A DNA stretch of 64,000 nt from Capsulimonadaceae bacterium (lineage in GTDB: Bacteria; Armatimonadota; Armatimonadia; Armatimonadales; Capsulimonadaceae): contig OZ244065.1 in the NCBI GenBank assembly GCA_965215505.1, positions 384,001-448,000 of the forward strand, given 5' to 3'. The first letter of the stretch is position 1; every line of letters begins with the position of its first letter. Positions 18,544 to 28,016 of the stretch are shown one piece after another. The notes beneath the pieces are model-generated. The model was not told the origin of the DNA. It saw only the letters and a program-made list of their open reading frames with translations, and did not search any database. The position numbers and the translations under genes are program-made.

Positions 18544-19842
18544 ATGCGATCCCGTTCCCCGATTTCCAGGTGGTGCCGGGCGGCGCTGCCGCTGGTCCTG
18601 GCCGCCGTGGCCGCCGGTGCGGCGGCCCAGACGCCCCCGGTCGTTCCCGCGCCCGCCGCGCCGCCGGTCGTCCCCCAGGCCGCGCCGACCCCGGCGGCGT
18701 GGGCCGACCCGCACCCCGACATCCCCTACCTGCCGAAGCCCCGCGCCGTGGCCGCCGACGCCTTGGTGGAACACCCGCCGGTCACGGCCGACGCCTCCCC
18801 CGAGGCGCGCGCCCTGCTGCACATGCTCTACCAGGTTTCCGGCAAGCACACCCTCAGCGGCCAGCACAACGACTCCGCCCATCCGGGGGCCAACACCGAC
18901 ATCGCCGCCCAGATCACCGGCAAAAGCCCCGCCGTCTACGGCGAGGACTGGGGCTTCGGGGCCGACGCCGCCGCCCGCCGCCATGACGAAGTCAAAGAAC
19001 TGATCGCCCAGTGGCGGGCCGGGCACGTCGTCGCCCTCTGCTGGCACGAGCCGCCGCCCACCATGGACGAGCCGGTTTCCTTCAAGGGCGAGATCCAGAG
19101 CCGCATCACCGACCGGCAGTTCAATGACCTGCTGACGCCCGGCACGCCGCTTTACAAGCACTGGTGTACGCAGCTCGACGCCATCGCCGAATGCCTCAAG
19201 GAGCTACAGGACGCGCACGTCCCCGTCCTGTGGCGTCCGCTGCACGAGATCAACGGGGACTGGTTCTGGTGGGACGGGGTGCGCGGGGACGCGGCCCACG
19301 GCTCCAAGCAGCTCTACCGCCAGGAGTTCGACCGCCTTGTCCACTACCACCACCTGACCAACCTGGTCTGGGTGTGGAACCCCGACCGGCCCGAGCGGGC
19401 CGACCGGCAGTTCGTGGACTACTTCCCCGGCAGCCAGTATGTGGACGTGCTGGCCCTGGACTGCTACAACGTCTACAAGCAGTCCTACTACGACGACCTG
19501 AACGCCCTGTCCGACGGCAAGGTGCTGGCGATCGCCGAGACGTATGTGCCGCCGACGCTTGCGGTCTACAAGGCCCAGCCCAAGTGGGCCTACTACATGC
19601 GCTGGTCGCCCAACACCCGCCAGCTCCAGCGGATGCTGGCGAACCACCAGGAGCAGCAGGCGGCGGACACGTTCGCGGGCATCCTGATGCGCTCCGACCA
19701 GCCGACGCCGCCCAACGCCCTGTCGGGGGCGGAGCTGCGCGCCATCCTGGACAGCCCGCGCCTGATGAGCGTCGGCGACCCCGCCTACACCCAGGCCCTG
19801 AACCCCGTCCGCGCCGCCGCCGCCCTGTCCCCGCTCCCCTGA
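18544..19842 (+). CDS. glycoside hydrolase family 26 (beta-mannanase-like), secreted
   Basis: LSGQH, CWHEPP, LWRPLHEINGDWFWW, WVWNP, YFPGSQYVDVLALDCY and AIAE motifs; signal peptide. Confidence 0.9.
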   Translation: MRSRSPISRWCRAALPLVLAAVAAGAAAQTPPVVPAPAAPPVVPQAAPTPAAWADPHPDIPYLPKPRAVAADALVEHPPVTADASPEARALLHMLYQVSGKHTLSGQHNDSAHPGANTDIAAQITGKSPAVYGEDWGFGADAAARRHDEVKELIAQWRAGHVVALCWHEPPPTMDEPVSFKGEIQSRITDRQFNDLLTPGTPLYKHWCTQLDAIAECLKELQDAHVPVLWRPLHEINGDWFWWDGVRGDAAHGSKQLYRQEFDRLVHYHHLTNLVWVWNPDRPERADRQFVDYFPGSQYVDVLALDCYNVYKQSYYDDLNALSDGKVLAIAETYVPPTLAVYKAQPKWAYYMRWSPNTRQLQRMLANHQEQQAADTFAGILMRSDQPTPPNALSGAELRAILDSPRLMSVGDPAYTQALNPVRAAAALSPLP

Positions 19843-19961
19843 CCCGTACAAGCGGCTGACCGGCGCGGGGGCGTCTCCGGGGCAACGCACTTCTAGGATG
19901 AAGGCGAGACACCGCCACCCGGAGGCTCATGCAAGAAGTCTACCGTTCGAGGGGGGACATC

Positions 19962-20501
19962 ATGGACAAAGCACAGTTCTGGCGATTGATAGAAGACGCC
20001 AAAGACAAAAGCGGCGGTGAGTGCGAGGAACAGGCTGAACGGATAGAGGCAGCCTTAGTCAAGTTGCCTCCCGAGGAGATTATTGCCTTTGACCGCATCC
20101 TGGATGAACTCCGCGATAAGGCTTACCGCTGGGACCTGTGGGGCGCAGGGCAGTTAATCAACGGCTTCTGCTCCGACGACGGCTTTGAGTATTTCCGGTG
20201 CTGGATCATCGCGCAGGGGCAGACTGTCTATGAAAACGCACTTGCTAATCCTGACAGTCTAGCGGATGTCGTTGAACCCGGTTTTGATGACGCCGAATGT
20301 GAAGCGCTTCTTTATGTCGCGGGGACAGCATACGAGGCAACCACTGGGCAGGAAATCCCCTACTTCGGCACCCCGCAGCCTGATGCAAACGGTAACTATA
20401 CGGTCCCTGAACCGGCAGGCCCAAAGCCGGACGATGATAACGCCATGGATTTGTATCCGCGCCTGTGGGCGAGGGCTGAGGCGCAAGCTGAAGGAGCGTA
20501 A
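19962..20501 (+). CDS. DUF4240 domain protein
   Basis: MDKAQFWRLIE, AYRWDLWGA and SDDGFEYFRCWIIAQG motifs. Confidence 0.88.
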   Translation: MDKAQFWRLIEDAKDKSGGECEEQAERIEAALVKLPPEEIIAFDRILDELRDKAYRWDLWGAGQLINGFCSDDGFEYFRCWIIAQGQTVYENALANPDSLADVVEPGFDDAECEALLYVAGTAYEATTGQEIPYFGTPQPDANGNYTVPEPAGPKPDDDNAMDLYPRLWARAEAQAEGA

Positions 20502-20505
20502 CCAT

Positions 20506-22023
20506 ATGAGAGAGATCAGCCTGCGCTTGAGCCTCCTACTCCTCGCCCTCCTCCTTTTCGCCCCGTGCCTGCCTCTCCGCGCCCAGGCCCCGCTCGACGA
20601 TGGGCGCGTCATGCTGCAAGGGTTTTACTGGGAGTCGCACCGCTTCGGCCACCCCGACAAGTACCCGCAGTTCGGGACGAAGCACTGGTACGAGATCGTC
20701 CGCGCAGATGCCGCCGACATCCAGCGGGGGCGGTTTGATTTGGTCTGGCTGCCGCCGCCGTGCTATGCAGGCGACAACAGCGCGGGGTACAACCCGAAGC
20801 AGTATTTCAAGCTGGACAACGACTACGGCACGTTCGCGCAGCAGCGCGCCTTGCTGACGACATTGCGGCAGGACGGCGTTGAGCCGGTGGCCGACATCGT
20901 CATCAACCACCGGGACGGCGACAAGACCTGGACGGACTTCAAGAACCCCGACTGGGGCCTGTGGTCCATCTGCGGCGACGACGAGGCGTTCTCGGACCCG
21001 CGCTCCAACGCCTTCAACACGCCGGTCGCCTTGCGGGGTGCGCCGGAGGAGGCTCCCACCCCTTACGGGGCCGACAAAACCACCTACGCCTACCCCGACT
21101 TCCGCGACGTTGACCACACCAACCGGCAGGTGCGGCGCGACATCCTGCGCTATTTGCTGGAACTGAAATCGGCGGGGTATCGCGGCTGGCGCTATGACAT
21201 GGTGCAGGGCTACCACGCCCACTGGCTCGCCCTCTACAACAGGCGGACGCAGCCGACCTTCTCCGTCGGCGAGTACCAGTGGGACCGGGAGAGTGAGCAG
21301 CGCGGGTGGTCCTGGTGGACGGCGACGACGCCCGGTACTCTCGCCACGTCCAGCGCCGTGTTCGACTTCACCACGATGTTCAGCCTGAAGGACAGCAAGG
21401 GCAACTATGACGCCCTCTACGCGCACGGCCACGGCCTGGGCCTGATGGGCGACACGACCGATGGCGTTGCCTGGAAGCAGCGGGCGGTGACGTTCCTGGA
21501 GAACCACGACACCGGCTACCGCACGCAGGACGACGGGACGCCCCAGCCCGGTCACGAGTTCGACAGCTTCGCCAACACCTGGGAGGTGGAGCAGGGCTAC
21601 GCCTACGTCCTGACCCATCCCGGCGTCCCGTGCGTCTACTGGAAGCACTATTTCGAGTGGGGGCAAGACCTGCACGACAAGATTGCGGCGCTCATCAACG
21701 CCCGCAAGGTCGCCGGCGTCAACGCCGGCAGCGCCCTCTTCCCGCAGGACAACGCCCGCCGCAGGGGCGTCTACGCGGCCTTCGTGCAGGGCAAAAATGG
21801 CGCGCTCTACGTCCGCATCGGCGGCAGTGACGCCGACTGGCAGCCGTCCAAATCGGGCCATACCGGCGCCCGCGAGTACGCGGCGGGGACTGGCTGGAAG
21901 GTCTGGGTGGCCCTGCCCGGCAACCCGCCCGTCCGTCAGGCCCCCCTCCCGGCGGCCCTGCCCGCCCCGCCGCCATACCAGAGCGGCGAGACGATCCAGG
22001 TCCCGGAGGCGTGGCTGGACTGA
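20506..22023 (+). CDS. GH13 alpha-amylase, secreted
   Basis: LQGFYWES, WLPPP, ADIVINH, GWRYDMVQGY, VGEYQ, VTFLENHDT and THPGVPCVYW motifs. Confidence 0.92.
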   Translation: MREISLRLSLLLLALLLFAPCLPLRAQAPLDDGRVMLQGFYWESHRFGHPDKYPQFGTKHWYEIVRADAADIQRGRFDLVWLPPPCYAGDNSAGYNPKQYFKLDNDYGTFAQQRALLTTLRQDGVEPVADIVINHRDGDKTWTDFKNPDWGLWSICGDDEAFSDPRSNAFNTPVALRGAPEEAPTPYGADKTTYAYPDFRDVDHTNRQVRRDILRYLLELKSAGYRGWRYDMVQGYHAHWLALYNRRTQPTFSVGEYQWDRESEQRGWSWWTATTPGTLATSSAVFDFTTMFSLKDSKGNYDALYAHGHGLGLMGDTTDGVAWKQRAVTFLENHDTGYRTQDDGTPQPGHEFDSFANTWEVEQGYAYVLTHPGVPCVYWKHYFEWGQDLHDKIAALINARKVAGVNAGSALFPQDNARRRGVYAAFVQGKNGALYVRIGGSDADWQPSKSGHTGAREYAAGTGWKVWVALPGNPPVRQAPLPAALPAPPPYQSGETIQVPEAWLD

Positions 22024-22055
22024 GGGAGACGATTAAGGAATGCGAACACATTCCA

Positions 22056-22137
22056 GAAGGGCGAACACAAGGTTCGCCCCTACGTCCGCACATCCGGCCC
22101 GCCTACCCCGTAGGGGCGAACCTTGTGTTCGCCCTTC
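22056..22137. repeat. GTAG-type REP doublet (REPIN)
   Basis: Perfect 29-bp inverted repeat (22056-22084 / 22109-22137); unit GTAGGGGCGAACCTTGTGTTCGCCC is GTAG followed by a hairpin. Confidence 0.85.
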
Positions 22138-22227
22138 CTGTATCCCCCTCCCAAATCTTCTCTGTTCGCTTTCCGTGCCCGCTGTCCATGTATAAGCAGA
22201 AGGCCAGCAGGAACGGAAAGGAGAACC

Positions 22228-23742
22228 ATGCAGGACGACAAACTACTCACCCAGTACGCGCGTGACGGCTCCGAAGCCGCCTTCGGCCAGCTCGTCGCGC
22301 GTCACCTCACCCTGGTCTACTCCACCTGCCTGCGTGAGACCGGCTCGCCCTCCCAGGCCGAGGACGCGGCCCAGGTCGTCTTCCTGCTGCTCGCCCGCAA
22401 GGCCAAGTCGCTGCGCGCCGGGCCGAGCCTGGCGGGGTGGCTCTACAACGCGGCCCGGTTCGTCGCCAAGGATGTCCGCAAGCAGGAGGCGCGGCAGCGT
22501 CTGCGGGAGGAGGCTGTGATGCAGGAGGTGACACACCGGCAGGAACCGTTTACCCCGGAGTGGGAGGGCATCGAGCCGCTGCTGAACGACGCCCTCTCCA
22601 TATTGAGGCCGGGAGATCGCGAGGCGATCCTGCTGCGCTTCATCGAGGGCCACAGCCTGGCCGAAACCGGCGCGGTCCTGGGCCTGTCCGAAGACGCTGC
22701 CCGGATGCGCGTCACGCGGGCTATCGAGAAGATGCGCCGCCACCTGACAGCACACGGGGCCGCCGTCACGGGCGTAGTTCTGACCGGCTATCTGGTCTCC
22801 GAGGCAGCGCGGCCCGGCCCGGCTGATGCTGCTGCTATCACTCAGGCAACGCTACAGGCTGTTGCCACAGGTCCCACTGCAAACGTCCTGCTGCTCTCGA
22901 AAGGGGTGTATCAGACAATGAAAATCATCAAGGTCAAAATCGCGGTTCTCGCTGCCGTGCTGGTATCGGTCGGCTCTGCCCTTCCTCCTCTTGCCCGAGC
23001 CATTAGTCCGCACAAAGCAAGTGTGGAAATGGCCGCCGCGCCCGTGCCGCAGAGTGTCCCCGTCCCGCCCGTGCCGCAGGCTGAACCCATTGCCCCAGCC
23101 CCGAAGGCTGGACCCACCGCGCCTGCGCCGCAGGCTGAACCCATTGCGCCTACGCCTCAGAGTGAACCTGCCGCGCCCACGCCGCAGGCTGAACCCGCCA
23201 CGCCTGCACCTCAGAGCGAACCCGTTGCTCCGGCACCGCCAGCTAGACCCGTTGCTCCCGCACCGCAGGCTGAACCTGCTGTCCCATCCTCAAAATCTCC
23301 CACCGCAGCCGACGTGGACCTCTTGCAAGCGATGGAGCACTACCGACTTGTCATCGTGGGATACCGGGCTGGGGCTAACACTTCTGCCGACCTGAGCGAA
23401 GCTACGCTTGCGCTGGCCGAAGCTCGCCTGCGTGTCGCCCAAAGCAAGCCGGACGAAGTCTTACAGAATCTAGAAACCATCGAGGCGCAGCGGGCAGAGA
23501 TGCTAAGGCTCGCCACGGTTGGCTACCGGGCGGGGGCAGCGGGTTATACTTCCGCTAATGTGAAGAAGGCAAACGTGGTGCTGATCGAGGCTAAAGTGCG
23601 TGTGAATCTCTACAAAGCGGTTATGTCCCAAAGCGGAGCCGATTTGAAGCAGTCAGTGGACGCGGCGGTGGCGGACCTACAAGCCGCCCGAGACCAATAC
23701 GCGGACGTACAAGAGGGCAGCGCAAAGAGCGGTGCGAGATGA
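22228..23742 (+). CDS. ECF sigma-70 factor with TM segment and long C-terminal extension
   Basis: Sigma regions 2 and 4 (AEDAAQVVFLLLARKA, REAILLRFIEGHSLAETGAVLG, ARMRVTRAIEKMR), then hydrophobic helix, Pro-rich linker and helical domain; AAGGAG RBS. Confidence 0.88.
   Translation: MQDDKLLTQYARDGSEAAFGQLVARHLTLVYSTCLRETGSPSQAEDAAQVVFLLLARKAKSLRAGPSLAGWLYNAARFVAKDVRKQEARQRLREEAVMQEVTHRQEPFTPEWEGIEPLLNDALSILRPGDREAILLRFIEGHSLAETGAVLGLSEDAARMRVTRAIEKMRRHLTAHGAAVTGVVLTGYLVSEAARPGPADAAAITQATLQAVATGPTANVLLLSKGVYQTMKIIKVKIAVLAAVLVSVGSALPPLARAISPHKASVEMAAAPVPQSVPVPPVPQAEPIAPAPKAGPTAPAPQAEPIAPTPQSEPAAPTPQAEPATPAPQSEPVAPAPPARPVAPAPQAEPAVPSSKSPTAADVDLLQAMEHYRLVIVGYRAGANTSADLSEATLALAEARLRVAQSKPDEVLQNLETIEAQRAEMLRLATVGYRAGAAGYTSANVKKANVVLIEAKVRVNLYKAVMSQSGADLKQSVDAAVADLQAARDQYADVQEGSAKSGAR
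23040..23285 (+). repeat. intragenic 27-bp degenerate repeats encoding PQ(A/S)EPxAP
   Basis: About eight imperfect 9-aa units inside the ECF sigma. Confidence 0.75.
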
Positions 23743-23820
23743 GCCACATGCGGGGCTTGACCACGCTTTAGATACCACCATGCCTTCTCAATCAAGGCTA
23801 TCATCAGGTACAATGGGCGC

Positions 23821-24642
23821 ATGGGTTCGACCTTCACCGTCCATGCACTCGCCTCCGGCTCCTCGGGCAACGCCACCCTCGTTCGCGCGGGCGATGTGTC
23901 CATCCTGATTGATGCGGGGATCGGCATGAGGAAGCTGACGGCGGCCCTGGCGAAGCAGGGGCTGGCACCAAGCGACCTCAGCGGTGCGGTCATCACGCAC
24001 GAACACTCGGACCATGTGCAGAGTGCCCACGCGCTGTCCAAGCGGCACGGCGTCCCGCTGATCGCGAGCGAGCGGACACTGACGGCGTTCTACCGGCGCA
24101 AGACGCAGTCGCCGCACCTGATCCTGCCGGTGGGGGACCGGTGGCGGGTGGGGGATTTGGAGATCGAGACGTTCCCCGTGCCGCACGACGCCGCCGACCC
24201 GGTGGGCATCAACGTCGTCCACGTCCCCAGCGGGCAGAAGGTCAGCCACTTGACCGATCTGGGGCACGTAACGGAGACGGTCCGGCGGGCCATCCGGGGG
24301 GCGCACCTGCTGGTCTTGGAGGCGAACCACGACGTTCACCGGCTGCGCGGAGGCGACTATCCGGGCCACCTGAAGGCGCGGATTTTAGCCGACACCGGCC
24401 ACCTGTCTAACGAGGCCGCCGGCCATCTGCTCTGCGAACACGCCCTGAACCACGGGCCGCACACGGTCTGGCTGGCCCACCTGTCCAAAGAAAACAACAC
24501 CCCCAAGCTGGCGCTCGGCTACGCCAAAGCCACCGTCGCCGTCGAGACGAACTGCCCCGTCGTCTTCGACGTCGCCAAGCGCGACTCCCCCTCCGCGCTG
24601 TGGACGCCGGGCCGCTCCTCCCTCCAGCTCAGTCTCTTCTAG
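23821..24642 (+). CDS. MBL-fold metallo-hydrolase (YycJ/WalJ-like)
   Basis: LASGSSGNA, IDAG, THEHSDH, PHDA, TDLG, LEANHD, GHLSN and AHLS motifs. Confidence 0.9.
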   Translation: MGSTFTVHALASGSSGNATLVRAGDVSILIDAGIGMRKLTAALAKQGLAPSDLSGAVITHEHSDHVQSAHALSKRHGVPLIASERTLTAFYRRKTQSPHLILPVGDRWRVGDLEIETFPVPHDAADPVGINVVHVPSGQKVSHLTDLGHVTETVRRAIRGAHLLVLEANHDVHRLRGGDYPGHLKARILADTGHLSNEAAGHLLCEHALNHGPHTVWLAHLSKENNTPKLALGYAKATVAVETNCPVVFDVAKRDSPSALWTPGRSSLQLSLF

Positions 24643-25549
24643 ATCCCGACAGCATCTTCTCGGCGGTGTCCAGGTTCTTGCGGTACTGCGCCCTGCCGGG
24701 GGCCAGTGCGACGGCCCGGCGGAAGTAGCCTGCGGCCTGGGCGACGCGGTGCTGTTCGCCGAGAGCGGCTCCAAGCCCGTCCAGGGCGTCGGCGTCGGCG
24801 GGGCAGAGGCGCAGGGCGGCGCGGAAAGCGGCCTCGGCCTCCGCGCCCCGGTTGAGGCTGGCGAGACTCGCGCCCAGGCCCTCGAAAGCGGGCGTGCTGC
24901 TGGGGTCGAGTGCGAGGGCAGACTTGAAGGCCGTGACGGCCTCCTCGTAGCGCTTGAGGTCCAGCAGGGTGTCGGCCAGGTTCTGGACATAGATGGCCCG
25001 GCCCGGCATCAGCCGCACCGCCTCCTGATACTGGGGCGCGGCCTGCTCGTATCTCTTCTGCGAATACAGGGCGTCCCCGAGGTCGTTGCGGTAGGTCGCG
25101 ATGTTCGGCTCCTGCTGGACGGCCAGCAGGTATTCCGCCTCGGCATCGTCGAAGTGCCCGGCTTTGTAGTCAGCGTCGCCCTGACGGACGTGCCGCGCGG
25201 CTGCGGCCACTGCCGTCTCGCCCGGCGGGATGTGAAATGACGGAGGGTGCGCGACGAGCGCCCAAGCCAGGCCGACCACGGCCACCAGGGGGAGGCCGCG
25301 CCGCGCGGCACGGCTCACGCGCTCGCGCCGGAGGCGGGCAGCCCCGGCCGCCCGGCCCAGACCGGCGCGGACGGACTGGAGCTGATCGCGCACCTCCTCG
25401 GTCGTCATCCCCGTGGCTTCGGCGATGTCCGCAATGGTCGGCAGGGATTGCGCTGCGACCTCCCGCCGCTCCGCGTCCGCCCAGCGGTTGAAAAGCAGCC
25501 GCTGCTCCTGCTCCGTCAGCCGCTCTTCCGGCCCCTCAAAGGTCTGCAC
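24629..25549 (-). CDS. single-TM tetratricopeptide-repeat protein
   Basis: N-terminal PTIADIAEATG segment, one TM helix, about five TPR units. Confidence 0.8.
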   Translation of the reverse strand: MQTFEGPEERLTEQEQRLLFNRWADAERREVAAQSLPTIADIAEATGMTTEEVRDQLQSVRAGLGRAAGAARLRRERVSRAARRGLPLVAVVGLAWALVAHPPSFHIPPGETAVAAAARHVRQGDADYKAGHFDDAEAEYLLAVQQEPNIATYRNDLGDALYSQKRYEQAAPQYQEAVRLMPGRAIYVQNLADTLLDLKRYEEAVTAFKSALALDPSSTPAFEGLGASLASLNRGAEAEAAFRAALRLCPADADALDGLGAALGEQHRVAQAAGYFRRAVALAPGRAQYRKNLDTAEKMLSGSRRD

Positions 25550-25583
25550 CTGGTGGCTCTTCTTTCTTGCCGCCCTGATCCTG

Positions 25584-26579
25584 TTATTCGGCGGTCAACT
25601 GCCACGGCAAAGTGGGATACTTCCGCATCATGGCATCGATGCCGATCCGCCGGGTTTCTTGCGCCAGGGCCAGGTTCTTACGGAAGGTGTCGCGGCTCGG
25701 GTCTAGGGCCGCCGCCTGCCGGAACTGGGCGGCGGCCTCGGCCCAGCGTTCCTGGATGGCGAGGGCGAAGCCGAGTTGGTTGGCGATGTCGGCGTTCTCG
25801 GGCGACAGCCGCTGGGCCGTGCGGAGTACCTTCTCGGCCTCGGCGGAGCGGTCGAGCATGTTCAAGCAGACGCCCAGACCTTCATAGGCGGGGGCCGAGC
25901 CGGCGTCGAGGTTGATGACCGTCCGGTAGGCTGCGGCGGCATTCCCGTAGCGCTTCATGAGCCGGTAGTCTTCCGCCAGCTCCAGGGCGTAGTCGGCCCG
26001 GTCGGGCATGGTCTGTACGGCCTTCTGGAACTGCGGCAGAGCCTCGGCGTACTTCTGCTGCGACAGGAGCGCCTCGCCCAACTCGGAGCGGGGGGACGCC
26101 GCCCCCGGCTCCAGCGCGGCGGCCATCTGGAACTGGCCTTCCGCCGCCCGGTATCGCCCGGCGCTTGACTGCTGCTGTCCCTGCCGCTCGTGCCACGCGG
26201 CGGTCGCGGCGGTGTCCTTCAGCCCGACGACGCCGAAGTTCGGCCTCGCGACGCCCAGCCAGACGATGCCGAGGCCGAGCGCCGCCCAGCCGGCACGCCG
26301 TACCCCGATGGAAGCCCTTTTCTGCACTTCCTGGTGCCGGGATCGGGCAACTTCTGCGGCACGGACCCGCTCGGCACGCAAGGCCTCAAGCTCGCGCCGG
26401 ACATCGTCCGCCGCTGCCCCGGTGGCCTCGGCGATGTCGGCCACGGTCGGCTCCGACTGCCTTGCGGCGGCACGACGCGCCGCGTCCTCCAGGCGGGCCA
26501 GGAGCGCCCTCTTCTCGCCCCGTTTCAGCCGCGCTGAGGCCGCCTGGTCGGATAACTCGGGCTGCGTGAATCGTTCCAT
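25584..26579 (-). CDS. single-TM tetratricopeptide-repeat protein (paralogue of 24629-25549)
   Basis: PTVADIAEATG segment, TM helix, TPR units ending FRKNL like YRKNL in the neighbour. Confidence 0.8.
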   Translation of the reverse strand: MERFTQPELSDQAASARLKRGEKRALLARLEDAARRAAARQSEPTVADIAEATGAAADDVRRELEALRAERVRAAEVARSRHQEVQKRASIGVRRAGWAALGLGIVWLGVARPNFGVVGLKDTAATAAWHERQGQQQSSAGRYRAAEGQFQMAAALEPGAASPRSELGEALLSQQKYAEALPQFQKAVQTMPDRADYALELAEDYRLMKRYGNAAAAYRTVINLDAGSAPAYEGLGVCLNMLDRSAEAEKVLRTAQRLSPENADIANQLGFALAIQERWAEAAAQFRQAAALDPSRDTFRKNLALAQETRRIGIDAMMRKYPTLPWQLTAE

Positions 26580-26687
26580 TGCCAGAAATATACCCTGATT
26601 TCGTGGCCGGCTCACAGGAAGGAATCCCGCCGCGTCCCGGTGAATATTGCTTTTGTCGTAATAAATACATCTTCGGAGGGTGAGGCA

Positions 26688-26936
26688 ATGAGTCTGGACG
26701 ATTTGCAGCGCGAAATCCTGAAAGTGACGAAGCTCGGCGGCATGGCGCGTGTGCCGGAGGAAATGGTCATGGAGGCGATGGACTGCCCGGACGAGGCGGA
26801 GTGCCGGCAGCAGATGGAGGGCTGGATCGCCGACCTATGTTCGGAGTACCACCTGACGCGCGATCAGGACAAGGACATGCTGGGTCAGTGCGAGCTGCTC
26901 TTCACGCACACCGACCCGCACTACATCGAAGCCTGA
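26688..26936 (+). CDS. small acidic hypothetical protein
   Basis: GGAGG/GAGG RBS; 82 aa; GC-rich codon usage. Confidence 0.6.
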   Translation: MSLDDLQREILKVTKLGGMARVPEEMVMEAMDCPDEAECRQQMEGWIADLCSEYHLTRDQDKDMLGQCELLFTHTDPHYIEA

Positions 26937-27016
26937 CAAAACCGGGCGGCAGGAAAAGAGCCTCGTGGCGGCGAAACAGGTCCCAAGACTTACTCGACGC
27001 CATGAGGTAACTTATC

Positions 27017-28009
27017 TTGACACCCATCACTTCCGGCCCCATCGGCTGGGGCATCCTCGGACCCGGCAGCATCGCCCACCAGTTCGCCACGGGCCTCCAG
27101 TCCGTCGCCGACGCCAAGCTGGTCGCCGTCGGCTCGCGCTCCCAGGAGAAGGCGGACGCCTTCGCCGACAAGTTCGGCATTGCGAAGCGTCACGCAAGCT
27201 ACGAGGCGCTGGCCGCCGACCCGGACGTCCACGTCATCTACATCTCCACCCCCCATCCGCAGCACAAAGAGGCGGCCCTGCTTTGCCTGGAACACGGCAA
27301 GGCCGTCCTGTGCGAGAAGCCCTTCACCGTCAACGCCAAAGAGGCCGAGGAGGTCATCGCGTCGGCGCGGGCCAAAGACCTGTTCGTCATGGAGGCGATG
27401 TGGTCCCGCTTCTTCCCCGCCATGGCCCACGTCCGCAAGCTCATCGCGGACGGTGCCATCGGCGAGGCGCGGATGCTCCAGGCCGACTTCGGGTTCCGGG
27501 CAGGCGTCAACCCAGACAGCCGCCTATTCAACCTGGCGATGGCCGGCGGCGGCCTGCTGGATGTCGGCGTGTACACCGTCTCGCTGGCCTCCATGCTCTT
27601 CGGCACGCCCACCGACATCACCGGAGTCGCCCAGATGGGCGAGACGGGCGTGGACGAGCAGGCCGCGATCTCGCTCAGATACGCTGGCGGCCAGGTCGCC
27701 GCGCTGACGACCGGCGTCCGCATCAACACCCCGCACGAGGCTTTCATTCTGGGCACGGACGGCATGATCAAGCTCCACGCCCCCTGGTGGAAGCTCGCGA
27801 AGATCACCGTCACTGCCAGTGGCAAGAGCGAGGAGATGGACCTGCCTTACGAGGGCCAGGGCATGAACTACGAGGCCGCCGAAGTGGGAGCCTGCCTGCG
27901 GGCGGGCAAGAACGAGAGCGATACGCTGCCCCTGTCCGAGACGCTGTCCATCATGAAGACTTTGGACACCCTGCGCGGGCAGTGGGGCCTGAAGTACCCG
28001 ATGGAGTAA
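27017..28009 (+). CDS. Gfo/Idh/MocA family oxidoreductase
   Basis: WGILGPGSIA, VLCEKPFTVN, MEAMWSRF and GGGLLDVGVY motifs; TTG start. Confidence 0.92.
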   Translation: MTPITSGPIGWGILGPGSIAHQFATGLQSVADAKLVAVGSRSQEKADAFADKFGIAKRHASYEALAADPDVHVIYISTPHPQHKEAALLCLEHGKAVLCEKPFTVNAKEAEEVIASARAKDLFVMEAMWSRFFPAMAHVRKLIADGAIGEARMLQADFGFRAGVNPDSRLFNLAMAGGGLLDVGVYTVSLASMLFGTPTDITGVAQMGETGVDEQAAISLRYAGGQVAALTTGVRINTPHEAFILGTDGMIKLHAPWWKLAKITVTASGKSEEMDLPYEGQGMNYEAAEVGACLRAGKNESDTLPLSETLSIMKTLDTLRGQWGLKYPME

Positions 28010-28016
28010 AACCACC

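Noticed and set aside
19843..19960. Structured RNA upstream of DUF4240
   Set aside because: Only a short ctccgg/ccggag pairing, expected by chance at this GC content.
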